From an uncultured Pseudobdellovibrionaceae bacterium (GTDB taxonomy: Bacteria; Patescibacteriota; Minisyncoccia; Moranbacterales; GCA-2747515), in assembly GCA_964463705.1 (NCBI GenBank), contig CAYXCH010000021.1, forward strand, positions 65,162 through 129,161: 64,000 nt of DNA, written 5' to 3'. This document shows, one piece after another, positions 39,961-50,566 of the stretch (positions within the stretch are counted from its first letter, which is position 1; every line of letters begins with the position of its first letter). The position numbers and the translations under genes are program-made. The notes beneath the pieces are model-generated. The model saw only the letters and a list, made by a program, of their open reading frames with translations, searched no databases and was not told the origin of the DNA.

Positions 39961-41438
39961 TATTTCGACTTATGATGATGAATACATCGTCGGCGACGAT
40001 GTATCATCCACAGTATACAAGCAAATGCCGCCGCATAACACCCCACAACACTCCATAGCGGCGGAGATACGGACACCGTTTCCGCCGTATGGCGTACAAC
40101 AAAAAAGACCCATCCCAATATCAGTGCCGTTACACTTCCCAATACGGCCGCCACCGGTGACGCCACCCACGCACAGAACACCACCAGCACCGAGAGCGCC
40201 ATTGCCGCGGGAATCATCGGCAGTACAACAAGATTACTGATCAATGCCCATGGAGAAATTACGCCGAAATGATAGGCAATCAGTGGCGCAACACTGATTT
40301 GCGCACTCATTGTTACCGCCACCAATTCCCGCAATACCCGAGGCGCGTACCCAATAACACCCCATAATGGCACCAGTCCGATAATCCCCGCTGTTGCCGC
40401 TACGGATAATTGAAATCCGATGTCATACAATCCCCGAAACGGTTGAATCATTACCATTGTTGCCGCCGCCAATGCCAGTGCATTCCATGCTCCGTGAGAT
40501 CGTCCGCCATACACCACCCCTAATGTCACCACCCCCATAATGGCGGCACGCACCGCACTGCTGGGCGCTCCGATCATCACAACAAATGCCGCAATTGCGG
40601 CAATCGCCACCACAATCGCCTGTGTCCGATACAACCCCATTGCCACCGCCAGTACCAATACCGCGTGCGCAATCACCGCCACATTGTATCCGCTCACCGC
40701 TACAATATGTGTTAATCCGGCACCGGAGAATGCCGATTGCCACTCCCGTGAAAGTCGGTCATCTCCTCCAAAAATCAATCCGGCCGAAAGCGCACCCGAC
40801 GGAGCGCTGACATACCGAGCAATTGCCGATTCCCCAAACTGCCGAAATGTTTGCAATACTCCGGCGATACGATCCGGAAACAACCGAGGCGTCCACGGCT
40901 CCACCGTTTTTGTCCGACAAGTATATAATACTCCACGCGCCGCCGCCCGATACGCCCATATCCCCGGAGCATCAGATGATTCGGCAATACGACGTAAACG
41001 ACACGTTGTTCGGATACCATTCGGAACATCCGTAGCCATTACCGGAGTCTCCACACGCAGGCGACGTATCCCGCGAATTGCACACACCTCTCGTGTTTCC
41101 GTGTCCAAACAATCTCGCACCGCCACCGTCAATACTGTTGTAAATGATGACGATCGTACCTCCCGTACCACACCGGATATTGTTACCGTCCGCCCTTCTC
41201 CCGATGTATCGGCAAATGTACTTCGCGCGATTGTTGCACGCAATAAACCGATGGCCACCGCCGCCGACACCGCAACAATCACAAGTGTATGTTTTGGGCG
41301 AAGAATTGCCGCACTACCGCATATCGCCAATGCCAGCAGTCCTCCGATTGGTGACATTTCAGTGGATACTCCGACCGTGGCCGCCACCGTCCCCGCCGAA
41401 AGCGCAAGAAATGTCACAACAGATTTATGCATCATCAC
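39960..41438 (-). CDS. comEC: ComEC/Rec2 N-terminal competence membrane channel domain protein
   Basis: About 10 TM helices and a DUF4131/Competence-domain-like architecture. Ends 1 nt into the MBL ORF. Confidence 0.7.
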   Translation of the reverse strand: MMMHKSVVTFLALSAGTVAATVGVSTEMSPIGGLLALAICGSAAILRPKHTLVIVAVSAAVAIGLLRATIARSTFADTSGEGRTVTISGVVREVRSSSFTTVLTVAVRDCLDTETREVCAIRGIRRLRVETPVMATDVPNGIRTTCRLRRIAESSDAPGIWAYRAAARGVLYTCRTKTVEPWTPRLFPDRIAGVLQTFRQFGESAIARYVSAPSGALSAGLIFGGDDRLSREWQSAFSGAGLTHIVAVSGYNVAVIAHAVLVLAVAMGLYRTQAIVVAIAAIAAFVVMIGAPSSAVRAAIMGVVTLGVVYGGRSHGAWNALALAAATMVMIQPFRGLYDIGFQLSVAATAGIIGLVPLWGVIGYAPRVLRELVAVTMSAQISVAPLIAYHFGVISPWALISNLVVLPMIPAAMALSVLVVFCAWVASPVAAVLGSVTALILGWVFFVVRHTAETVSVSPPLWSVVGCYAAAFACILWMIHRRRRCIHHHKSK

Positions 41439-41661
41439 ATCCGATACTCACCATCTTGCGCCGAGCCGTCGCCCCGGCAACAATGCGCACACACCGACGC
41501 GGAACATTAAAAAACCGCGCCAGTGCATCACAAACGGCACGATTGGCACGGTTTTTTTCCGGTGCGGCATGCACCCACACTTTATACTCGGAGGATGAAA
41601 CCTCCATCACATGCACCCGAGATGCGCGAGTCTGTACCGTCACGACAATCCGCCGCGACAT
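41425..41661 (-). CDS. DUF167/YggU family protein
   Basis: 78 aa; VQTRASRVHVM...VWVHAAPEKNRANRAVCDALARFFNVPRRCVRIVAGATARRKMVSI matches the YggU pattern. Confidence 0.65.
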   Translation of the reverse strand: MSRRIVVTVQTRASRVHVMEVSSSEYKVWVHAAPEKNRANRAVCDALARFFNVPRRCVRIVAGATARRKMVSIGCDDA

Positions 41662-41664
41662 AGA

Positions 41665-43209
41665 CTATTTCTTCAATTTTCTGCGAATAAATGCCGGAAT
41701 CTCAAATTCATCGTCACCACCACCGGTAGCTCCATCCTCTTCTGTCATATGCGGAATATCCTCCACTTTTTCATCTAAAATAATTTCCGGCTTAAGAGAC
41801 TTCTTACGACGAGGCAATGTCATGCGTTGCAATAACGATGATGCTCCACTCCCCTGCGTATCATCGGAAGACGACACATTGGAAGAATGGACCGGATCAT
41901 TCGCCGGCACCTCCTCGGAAACCTCGGGGGCGGGAGTCGGTGTTGAAATTGGGGCTGATTCATTATCTTCAACTCCCCGATGCTGTTGCGCAATGGCGCG
42001 ATGAGCGAACGCCGCCGCATCCACACTGCGAGCCGTATCATCCGATGAGGACGTGTCTATTGCCGACGCGGAAGCCGGTGGTGGAGTATGTGTCGGTGCG
42101 GAAGCCGGCGGTGGAGTTGTCGGAACCGAGGTTGGAGTGGCGGGCGTTGAAACAGGCGCTTCTCTCCTCTGGTCCTGCTGTGTCGCCGTCTGCAATGCCA
42201 CCCGAGACAGTTTCTGTTCCGTCGTTTCCGAGTCTCGGTTTGTATCATCAAATCCGGTTGCCACCACTGTAATGCGAATCTCTCCCTTATGAGCGCTCTC
42301 CTCCGTCACAACACCGAAGATTACGCGAGCATCTTTATCTACACTGGCGGTAATAACATCCGCAGCCTCCGATACCTCCATCATCGTCAAATCACTTCCA
42401 CCACTGACATTAAAGAGAACACCGCGCGCACCGTCAATGGACAACTCCAACAACGGTGAGTTAATCGCGGCACGCGCCGCCTCCACGGCACGATCGTCTC
42501 CACTCGCAACACCGATACCCATCAATGCACTGCCACTGTCCGCCATTACCGCCCGTACATCGGCAAAGTCCACATTAACATCTCCCGGCTTGGTAATGAG
42601 ATCGGAAATTCCCTGCACTCCCTGCCGCAATACATCGTCCACAATCTTAAATGCGCTAATTAACGACGTCTTGCGATCAATAATATTCAATAACTTGTCA
42701 TTGGGAATTGCAATCAACGTATCTACACGCTCCCGAAGCTGTTGCATCGCCTCGGACGCAATCCGGCGACGCTGCATACCCTCAAACGTAAACGGTTTCG
42801 TCACGACCGCCACGGTCAACGCTCCGGATTCTTTTGCAACCTCCGCCACTACCGGCGCGGCACCGCTTCCGGTTCCACCGCCCAATCCGCATGTAACAAA
42901 GACCATATCGGCATCCTTGAGTACCTCCTGTATTTCATCACGATTTTCCTCCGCCGCTTGACGTCCGACCTCCGGATTCATACCGGCACCCAAACCTTTG
43001 GTAAGATTTTTCCCAATATGGATTTTTTCCGCCGCCTTGGATGTATGCAATGCCTGTGCATCCGTATTGATTGCAACAAACTCCACTCCCGCAACATTCT
43101 CATCCACCATACGCGTCACGGCATTGTTTCCACTACCGCCGACACCGACGACTTTAATGCGAGCAAATGTTTCAATATCAGGTTTAATCTCTGCCATAGG
43201 TTTCTTCAT
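41665..43209 (-). CDS. ftsZ: Cell division GTPase FtsZ with about 200-aa Pro/Ser/Thr/Ala-rich C-terminal extension
   Basis: [24 protein letters not shown] tubulin signature, NVDFADV T7 loop. C-terminal low complexity ends in [14 protein letters not shown], a conserved C-terminal-peptide-like tail. Confidence 0.9.
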   Translation of the reverse strand: MKKPMAEIKPDIETFARIKVVGVGGSGNNAVTRMVDENVAGVEFVAINTDAQALHTSKAAEKIHIGKNLTKGLGAGMNPEVGRQAAEENRDEIQEVLKDADMVFVTCGLGGGTGSGAAPVVAEVAKESGALTVAVVTKPFTFEGMQRRRIASEAMQQLRERVDTLIAIPNDKLLNIIDRKTSLISAFKIVDDVLRQGVQGISDLITKPGDVNVDFADVRAVMADSGSALMGIGVASGDDRAVEAARAAINSPLLELSIDGARGVLFNVSGGSDLTMMEVSEAADVITASVDKDARVIFGVVTEESAHKGEIRITVVATGFDDTNRDSETTEQKLSRVALQTATQQDQRREAPVSTPATPTSVPTTPPPASAPTHTPPPASASAIDTSSSDDTARSVDAAAFAHRAIAQQHRGVEDNESAPISTPTPAPEVSEEVPANDPVHSSNVSSSDDTQGSGASSLLQRMTLPRRKKSLKPEIILDEKVEDIPHMTEEDGATGGGDDEFEIPAFIRRKLKK

Positions 43210-43252
43210 CTAAATTGCCAATATTCTACACTACCATGCCCCACAAGGACGG

Positions 43253-44284
43253 TCAAATATTACGTAATATCACGGTCATGCGCGTCCCATCTCGCAGAAT
43301 TTCCATCGGTACATCCTCTGATGTTTTCGTTTGCAAAAACCACTGCGTCGGAGTGGAAAACATTCCCACTTCCTCTGAGTTAATCGCCAAAATCATATCT
43401 CCCGACCGTAACGGAATATCCTTGCGCATTACCCGTGTCACCAAAGCAACATGTGATACACGACCATCCGGTGCCGGCACCATTGTATATTCAAATCCCG
43501 GTGATTGCATTGTATCCGTTTGCTCATGCACAAAACGATCTACAGCCAATGCCAATGCATCGGACGGCAGTGGCAATGACTGTTGTGCGCGAGATAATGC
43601 CGCAACATCACCGGTTCGTGTAACATACACCGCTCGCCGCTGTGATTGTACACTGTCGTCGGTCAATAGTGCCGTATCCCATTGTACGGCATCGGTTGGT
43701 GTCCACACGTGCGCCTGTGCATGAACGGCACGCGCCCGAATAAAATCCTGTGCCACCGTATCAGCATCAAGAGCAACCAACCGCTGACCGGCAAAAATAT
43801 CCCGGCTTCGCGCAATCGCCACCGGTGACAAATCACTTCGCGGTGTGCGAATAAACGATACTCCCGTTACCGCATCTCGTGCCACCACCGTCCCCGTTTC
43901 CGCTCGCGCATCCAGAAATACCACCCGCACGGATGATGTCGCCATATCATCCTCGGGAAGCATTGCCGCAATCACCCCATCCGTGGTCACAACAATACCC
44001 GTTGCAACCGTCGTATCATTAACCGTAACGGCAACCACGCTCCCGCGTAACCGCTGTATCACATCACGCACAACATCATCTTCAGTAATTTCCGTTTTCA
44101 CCGTCTTTTCAATTACCGTTGTCTGCTGTAACTGCTGTGCGAATATCTTCTCCCCCCATGGATGAGATGCCGCATAAGGGATACCATAGACTTGCATTAA
44201 TGCGCCACCCAACGCGCCACCGACCAATAATACACACAACATTAACACGTTGTACCACCGTGTCTTCTTTTTTGTCATATTCAT
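43253..44284 (-). CDS. Membrane-anchored protein with trypsin-like beta-rich region lacking an obvious catalytic triad and a C-terminal PDZ domain
   Basis: N-terminal TM segment and a C-terminal PDZ-like motif GDMILAINSEEVG...ILRDGTRMTV. No GNSGG serine motif found. Start chosen at MNMTKKK to avoid overlap. Confidence 0.35.
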   Translation of the reverse strand: MNMTKKKTRWYNVLMLCVLLVGGALGGALMQVYGIPYAASHPWGEKIFAQQLQQTTVIEKTVKTEITEDDVVRDVIQRLRGSVVAVTVNDTTVATGIVVTTDGVIAAMLPEDDMATSSVRVVFLDARAETGTVVARDAVTGVSFIRTPRSDLSPVAIARSRDIFAGQRLVALDADTVAQDFIRARAVHAQAHVWTPTDAVQWDTALLTDDSVQSQRRAVYVTRTGDVAALSRAQQSLPLPSDALALAVDRFVHEQTDTMQSPGFEYTMVPAPDGRVSHVALVTRVMRKDIPLRSGDMILAINSEEVGMFSTPTQWFLQTKTSEDVPMEILRDGTRMTVILRNI

Positions 44285-44288
44285 AGAA

Positions 44289-45071
44289 TTACACCACGGG
44301 ACGCCACTGTGCACTCATTAGCACCATCAGCGCCACCAATATCAACAATATCGTATTTACCACAACGCGGGAACGAGAGAGTGTATCACGAAAAAACATA
44401 TCACACATATCCCACACAATATAGTATATCATAAGGAGAACAATTGCGCTGGTCATATGTCCGAATGGCCACCAGAGTGCCACCGCGATTACTTGCACCA
44501 TAACCACTGTTACCGCCACCGCATACATAACCGTCTGCGAAAACCGCCCGCGTGCCACCATGACAAAATATTGCCATGATACCAATAGTGTCCAAAACCC
44601 CAATATGACAAGTACCGCTGTTCGCGGAACGGTGAAATTCACATAAACCGCAAATGTTCCGGCATACCATAAAAACAGTCCGGAAAAAATTCCCGCGACA
44701 ATCATCCCGCGCGCCACGGCATCTCGCACATTGGAACGGAGGCGATATGATCCCAACAAAACGGCATAAACGATTACTGACGCTATCCCCGCCATAATAT
44801 TGCGTTGCACCATGCTATCAACAAAGAACATCAATGACGCCATTCCCAGCAAAAACAGTAGCGGTGTAATGGCAAAAAACAAGTGCCGTGCAATGCGCCG
44901 CGACGCGATAATCGTTATAACACACAATGCCGCGGTAGCAATGGCAAGCGCAACTCCTCCACGTGCCGTATTCGCCGCAAATACCAACAACACTCCGCCA
45001 CAAACAGCGGCATATAGAGCGGTAGCGACATGAAATAAAACCGGTCGTTGATGTACGGATTCCATACTCAT
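44289..45071 (-). CDS. Hypothetical polytopic membrane protein
   Basis: 260 aa with about 8 hydrophobic helices. No family recognised. Confidence 0.35.
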   Translation of the reverse strand: MSMESVHQRPVLFHVATALYAAVCGGVLLVFAANTARGGVALAIATAALCVITIIASRRIARHLFFAITPLLFLLGMASLMFFVDSMVQRNIMAGIASVIVYAVLLGSYRLRSNVRDAVARGMIVAGIFSGLFLWYAGTFAVYVNFTVPRTAVLVILGFWTLLVSWQYFVMVARGRFSQTVMYAVAVTVVMVQVIAVALWWPFGHMTSAIVLLMIYYIVWDMCDMFFRDTLSRSRVVVNTILLILVALMVLMSAQWRPVV

Positions 45072-45089
45072 ACCATACCATGTGCACCC

Positions 45090-45968
45090 CTAGCGTGCAA
45101 TGCGCTGAATGTGCTCCACTACATCTGAACGGTCCACCACCATATCATTTAACATATACACCTCTGTCGGAGGGTGACCGAAACGAGCAATGTCTCGTAC
45201 AATGTCTGTTATACGATCTGACATCGGTACGTCCTCACAGGGTTTCCGCACCGACAATTTCAATCCGTCTCCCCGTCGCGCCGCACATATGGAGCGTCGC
45301 ACATCATCCGATGATGCTCCAAAGGGCAAGACAATCAGAACCGCTCCCGCTTTCCGTACCGCCCGTTCCAATCCTCGTGGTGGTACCACCGACGATTCTC
45401 GCGGAACCAACACTGCCAACACGGGCGCATCCGTCTCTATCACTTCTGCAAGGTGACGTACCGCCCGATGATACGCCACTTCCACCGTACGCAAAAACGG
45501 CACATCCACAATCCACAATCCTTCCTCGGCACCGGTGGCAAACAACCCTTGTGATTGTGCAAATAACCGTGTCTGCGTAACCGCAGCGTTCAATACAATC
45601 GCCGGCAAATACGGAACGTCGGCACGGGCGCGGATCTCCGCCGCTTCCCCACCGTCTACGCAACGAATTCGTACCGTTGGCAATACATACCGCAGCCATG
45701 TCGTCAATATATCGCGAGAGGATGCGTTTGCGGTACAAGACTCCGTTACAAACATCGCGGTAATCGGAGGAGCCGAATATGCCACCCATGTACGGTGATC
45801 ATAGGAAACAACACTGGCATTTCGCAATGCTCGTATTGTAAACCCTTCTCCGCGATATAACTGAACTACATCTACCAATACACTGCCGCATACCAGTCCG
45901 ACCAGAACAATGATTATTGCCGTTCGTGTTTTTATCGCACGACGACATTCTTTCGCAGTCATCGTCAT
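45090..45968 (-). CDS. Hypothetical N-terminally membrane-anchored protein
   Basis: 292 aa with a single N-terminal TM segment. Position upstream of ftsZ, but no FtsA or FtsQ motifs recognised. Confidence 0.3.
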   Translation of the reverse strand: MTMTAKECRRAIKTRTAIIIVLVGLVCGSVLVDVVQLYRGEGFTIRALRNASVVSYDHRTWVAYSAPPITAMFVTESCTANASSRDILTTWLRYVLPTVRIRCVDGGEAAEIRARADVPYLPAIVLNAAVTQTRLFAQSQGLFATGAEEGLWIVDVPFLRTVEVAYHRAVRHLAEVIETDAPVLAVLVPRESSVVPPRGLERAVRKAGAVLIVLPFGASSDDVRRSICAARRGDGLKLSVRKPCEDVPMSDRITDIVRDIARFGHPPTEVYMLNDMVVDRSDVVEHIQRIAR

Positions 45969-46159
45969 AAACGAATTTCACTATCCGGTATTACCGTGTA
46001 ATCATCATATCCGATTGTAATGTTCCGTAACGCCCAGAGTTTCAGTACCGCGCCACATACCACAGCAAAAAGAAACACCAATACCAAACGTACAGAACGG
46101 TGCCGCCACCACCGCCGCACCGGCTTACCGATTCGTCGTATGTACGTCGTTATATCCAT
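45965..46159 (-). CDS. Small hypothetical single-TM protein
   Basis: 64 aa with one TM helix. ATGA-coupled to the downstream gene. May be spurious. Confidence 0.2.
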   Translation of the reverse strand: MDITTYIRRIGKPVRRWWRHRSVRLVLVFLFAVVCGAVLKLWALRNITIGYDDYTVIPDSEIRL

Positions 46160-47351
46160 GACCGCTTACTGTAGCACGAGCAAGCGTTTCGCGCAAGAAT
46201 TCCGTGTATGGATGATTGTGCAATGCCTCTGTTGTATACCGTTTATTCGCCGTCCGCAGAGCCGCCGCTCCGATGCGTTCTCGCAAGGACGCATCGTCAA
46301 TCAACGCGCTCAGTGCCGTTACCCACTCTTGCGTCGTCTCCGCAACATATCCATCCACTCCCTGCGTTATCGCTTCGCGAAATGTTTGAGTGGCACTGGC
46401 AACCGTCGGCACTCCGACAATTCCCGCCTCAAAAAATTTCAACTCACTCTTTGCCTGACAAAACGGGTTATCTTCCAATGGCGCAATATTAATGTCCACC
46501 GATGCGATATTGGCAAAATGTTTCATTCGCGGAACATATGGCCGACAGATAAACCGATCGGCATAGGATTGCAGCGCCGGGTCCAGATCCAACGGCCCGT
46601 AAATTGCCACCCGCACCTGTTTGTAACGCTGAAAAATTTCCGTCAATACCGGTGTTAATATGGCGAAATCCTTATTATGACTGAGTACTCCGCTAAAATA
46701 CCCGATTGTCACCGTATCGGCAGATACGTGCCGATGGCGGCGAAGACGACGCGCCCGCGCACAGTCTTGTTGCGACAACATATTCGGAACAACAAACACC
46801 CGTTTCCCTTCCTCTCGCAGCCGCTCCGCAAGATACGATGTTGACACCGTGGCAACACGAACATACGGATCACGCACCATTTCTCCACCAATACCATTCT
46901 TATACTGTAAGCGCTCCAACGGCTGCATCTGTGTATAAAAATCCATGTAACGCAAAAACTTCGGATCATATACCAAATCATCCGTTTCAACAATGATTGT
47001 CTTCCCTGCGGCTTTGGCGGCATCATAGAGTGCCTTGGCGGATCCCATATACAATACACGATGAAATACAAACACTTCAAATCGGCGAACATATCGTGAA
47101 AGAAACGGGTTATCCTGTACCGTTACCTGCGCCGCAATCCCGGCACGGCGTAACGCCTCTGCCACATGATGTGCTCGGTACCGCGCACTATCTCCAATTC
47201 CGGACGTGATTATCAATACCGTTCCCTTTGGCACCCACATCATCCGTACAAATGTCACCGCTCCGTGAACCGCGCGTCGCACCCCCCACACAATCCCATC
47301 ACGGCGGATTACGGCGATAACCTTCCCGCATTTGATAAGAAACAGCTTCAT
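46125..47351 (-). CDS. Glycosyltransferase family 4 (GT-B, group 1)
   Basis: C-terminal E..G.VGVPTVASATQTFREAI...GYVAE GT4 motif region. Start set at ATG 47351 (MKLFLIK), giving an ATGA overlap with the Calx-beta protein stop. Confidence 0.7.
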   Translation of the reverse strand: MKLFLIKCGKVIAVIRRDGIVWGVRRAVHGAVTFVRMMWVPKGTVLIITSGIGDSARYRAHHVAEALRRAGIAAQVTVQDNPFLSRYVRRFEVFVFHRVLYMGSAKALYDAAKAAGKTIIVETDDLVYDPKFLRYMDFYTQMQPLERLQYKNGIGGEMVRDPYVRVATVSTSYLAERLREEGKRVFVVPNMLSQQDCARARRLRRHRHVSADTVTIGYFSGVLSHNKDFAILTPVLTEIFQRYKQVRVAIYGPLDLDPALQSYADRFICRPYVPRMKHFANIASVDINIAPLEDNPFCQAKSELKFFEAGIVGVPTVASATQTFREAITQGVDGYVAETTQEWVTALSALIDDASLRERIGAAALRTANKRYTTEALHNHPYTEFLRETLARATVSGHGYNDVHTTNR

Positions 47352-50300
47352 GACTCTTGACGTCCTTCGCGTATCATTCGTCGCAATACCATCGCAAGCA
47401 ATATTGCTAACAGCAACAATAACAACAGCAACACGACCAGCCATATCCATTGATAACCGCGAGATGACGATTCCGGTACCCGTGTTTGCACACCTAATAC
47501 TTTTGGAGAATTGCGAGATACGGTAACTGTCGGCGTCGTTGGTCGCTCTTTTTGTTCCGTCGCTCGCAACGCCGCCACGGGGACAATAGTCTCCCGCGGT
47601 GCAACCGATCGTGCCGCCGTCTCTCCCAATGCTCGCAACGGACGTGTTACCGTTTGCACAACGGTTGCCGGTACCTCCGTCTTCTTCTTCTTTTTCTTTG
47701 CGGAGCGATCACGTCCCTTATCACGAGAGGAGTTCTCCGATGCAACAATATCATCTTCATCATCATCAATCGTTGCCATCGCCGTATCCGTCAAGATTGT
47801 TACGTGAGGCAGGGATGGTGACGCAATGCGAACACGGACCGTTTCCTCTCCCTCTAACACCGCATCATTTACCACCGGCACCGTCAGCCGTGCCGCCGTC
47901 TCCCCCGGCGCAATCGCTACAACACGAGTCCCGAACACACTACTACCATAATCCTCCGCACTTGCCGTACCGCCATCTACCGTGACATCAAATGCCACGC
48001 TTTCCGATGCTCCATTCGGCGCGGACAACACGACCTCAAAAATCATATCGGTGGGCGCATGCTCCGCCCCGTTCTGCACGGTACGCACAACTGCGGTAAC
48101 CGGTCGCACCTCATCGTCGGCGAGAGTGGCGGTGGCGGTGGACGTATCAATTGTCAACGCCGCAATACTGGGATCGCTTATTGTGGCAATAATCGTTTCC
48201 TCTCCCTCATAAATCGTATCATTTAATGGTGAAATCGTAATCACCGCCCGTTGCTCGCCGGATGGAATACGTACGGTAGAATCCGGTGCCACATAATCCG
48301 TTCCTTGTTCCGCCGTTCCGGATAGCGCCAATGCAAATGTCACCTCTTGCCCGGTGGCGTTTATTCGATCCAATGCAACCGTGAATGTCACCGGCGTACC
48401 GTCCTCCCGACCCTGTTGCGTCGCACTAATTGTTGCACCACGCGTATCGTTATCGGTAATTGTTGCCGTTGCACTCGCCGTGGTAATGGTAACGGCGGAA
48501 TGTGATGGATTGGAAATCTGCGCACGAAGTGATTCTGTCACTTCCATCAACGCATCATCCACCACCGGCACCGAAAGAACGCCGGCGGCGGCACCGGACG
48601 CAACACTGAGACTGTGTGCCCCCAACGTATCGGCATAATCATCACCGACAGTAGCACTTCCATCCGTACGAACAATATCAAACGTAATGGGCGACGCAGT
48701 ATCATTGGTGTAATCCAGTGTGACAACAAAGGTCATATCTGCGCCACCCTCTGCACCGGGGGTGGCGGATAATGTCGCCGACACCGCCGTGTTATCAACA
48801 ATCTGTGTCGTGGCGGTGGCCTGTGCCATCGTAACGCGTGATGCTGTTGTTTGCACCGTCCCGGTCACCGTCTCGGCGTCCTCCAACGCCCGATCGGATA
48901 ACACTGCAACGGAAAACGATGCCGTTCGCTCACCGGGCGCGATACTTGCGGTGCGAACAGCGGAATTATTGTCATCATAATCCACTCCTCCGCGGGCGGT
49001 ATCCGATGTGCTCCCCAATGCCAATGTCACGGGAATTGCCGTACCGGTATCATTTACTTTATCTAACGTAACGGTAAACGTTACCGGTGTTGGTGTTTCT
49101 CCCTCTGCACCGGGGGTGGCGGAGACGGTTGCCTGCGCAATACTGTCATCGGAAATTGTTACCGTAACCGCTCCACCATTGGTCATACTTACCGCCGTCG
49201 CATTATCACTGCGCGGCGTAAGAATAACACGAAATGTTTCGTCCGTTTCCAGTGAATCGTCCGCTCGCACCGGAATCGTAATATCCGCCGTTGCACTCCC
49301 GGGTGCAATGACCGCCGTCTGTGCCGTATTGTCAAAATCCCCATCCGTGTCTCCACCGTGTGCCGTTTCATCGGCAAGCGCAACGGTAAATGCAAGATCC
49401 CCACCGGTTGTATTTGTATATGACGCACCGGTATCATCAGTCAATGTTACACGAACAACGGCATCACGAACCGTTCCATCAGCATATTCCCTCCCGTTCT
49501 GCACCGTTTGTACCACTGCCGAAAGAGCAGTTGTTCCACATCGTAATGCGGGAGTGTTTGCCGTCATATCACCGGTTGCATTTGATGCACCGACAATTTC
49601 CACTCGCGCATTATCGGCAAGTGATGTCGTAATCTGTAACACGCCGGCAGATGTTACCAGTCCGGCACGTGGGGAGCGTATATCACGAACAAACCCCAGC
49701 GGTGTCACTGTTCCGGTATTCGTAACGGTTACATTTTCTACCGTAACATCCCGTGCGGTATACAATGCCAATAACGGACTGTCCGTAAATGTTACATCGC
49801 GAATTGTGATTGCTCCGCTCTGTGCGGCATGAATGGTCAGCGGTGCGCTGCGCACATCACGCAGCGCATCATCATTCCATGTTGCCTCACAGCGTACAAC
49901 GGAACTCGTAGTGGCGGGTCCGCGATGTCCAAACGCTTCAAGATGTACATTACGTATCGTCTGTGCTGCCGTGGATCGCAATACGATAAATGCCCCTGTT
50001 GTCAATGACATCGTCGTGGGTACACCACCTTGCAACAAGGTAATGGATGTATTCACATTGCGCAGTGTTGCCCTCTGTGTGGGAGAAATATCCACTGCCG
50101 CATCACCGCCCACATAAACAAACACCGGCGGCAACCCTTGTGCCTGACCACTTTGATCAAACGTTACCGTCGCTCCGTCCTCCACCACCAGCCGCGCAGA
50201 CCCAAATAACACAATCGGCTTTGTTACCGTTTCCCCGTCGGTCAATGTTAATGTATCAGTTCCCTCTACACAAGTAATCACGGGTTGTGGCGCCGTCGGC

Positions 50301-50554
50301 GGAACAAGTGTGGCAACCATTGCCTGTGCCGATGCACAGTCTTGTGTAATATTCGCCAACCCCGTAATTTGCAGCACCGAGCCGGTGGGCGTCTGCATTG
50401 TTCCCCCATCAACAAAGATATGCGCATTCGCACTGAATGGCGCAATACAGAACAAAAAAAACACGCCGACGCGAACGATGGAAATAGTCATCTTCATAAG
50501 CACAGCGTGTCGTATATTACACCGCATAATAACACAAAAACGATGTTTTATCAA
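47348..50554 (-). CDS. Large secreted surface protein: right-handed beta-helix (pectate-lyase-like) N-terminal region + at least 5 Calx-beta repeats + poly-Lys linker + C-terminal hydrophobic anchor with basic tail
   Basis: Signal peptide. Beta-helix-like TIRDVTFTDSPLL...VTVENVTVTNTG. Repeated xDDxxExxETF/V Calx-beta motifs (RADDSLETDETFRV, VNDAVLEGEETVRV, ...). KKKKKKTE linker, then ...WIWLVVLLLLLLLAILLAMVLRRMIREGRQES. Confidence 0.6.
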   Translation of the reverse strand: MIKHRFCVIMRCNIRHAVLMKMTISIVRVGVFFLFCIAPFSANAHIFVDGGTMQTPTGSVLQITGLANITQDCASAQAMVATLVPPTAPQPVITCVEGTDTLTLTDGETVTKPIVLFGSARLVVEDGATVTFDQSGQAQGLPPVFVYVGGDAAVDISPTQRATLRNVNTSITLLQGGVPTTMSLTTGAFIVLRSTAAQTIRNVHLEAFGHRGPATTSSVVRCEATWNDDALRDVRSAPLTIHAAQSGAITIRDVTFTDSPLLALYTARDVTVENVTVTNTGTVTPLGFVRDIRSPRAGLVTSAGVLQITTSLADNARVEIVGASNATGDMTANTPALRCGTTALSAVVQTVQNGREYADGTVRDAVVRVTLTDDTGASYTNTTGGDLAFTVALADETAHGGDTDGDFDNTAQTAVIAPGSATADITIPVRADDSLETDETFRVILTPRSDNATAVSMTNGGAVTVTISDDSIAQATVSATPGAEGETPTPVTFTVTLDKVNDTGTAIPVTLALGSTSDTARGGVDYDDNNSAVRTASIAPGERTASFSVAVLSDRALEDAETVTGTVQTTASRVTMAQATATTQIVDNTAVSATLSATPGAEGGADMTFVVTLDYTNDTASPITFDIVRTDGSATVGDDYADTLGAHSLSVASGAAAGVLSVPVVDDALMEVTESLRAQISNPSHSAVTITTASATATITDNDTRGATISATQQGREDGTPVTFTVALDRINATGQEVTFALALSGTAEQGTDYVAPDSTVRIPSGEQRAVITISPLNDTIYEGEETIIATISDPSIAALTIDTSTATATLADDEVRPVTAVVRTVQNGAEHAPTDMIFEVVLSAPNGASESVAFDVTVDGGTASAEDYGSSVFGTRVVAIAPGETAARLTVPVVNDAVLEGEETVRVRIASPSLPHVTILTDTAMATIDDDEDDIVASENSSRDKGRDRSAKKKKKKTEVPATVVQTVTRPLRALGETAARSVAPRETIVPVAALRATEQKERPTTPTVTVSRNSPKVLGVQTRVPESSSRGYQWIWLVVLLLLLLLLAILLAMVLRRMIREGRQES

Positions 50555-50566
50555 GAGGTAGTACGC

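Noticed and set aside
47680-47700. ttcttcttctttttctttg pyrimidine run encoding the poly-Lys linker, considered as a slippery/phase-variable tract
   Set aside because: It is a mixed T/C run rather than a true homopolymer, and the reading frame is continuous through it into the conserved C-terminal anchor. There is no evidence of a frameshift.
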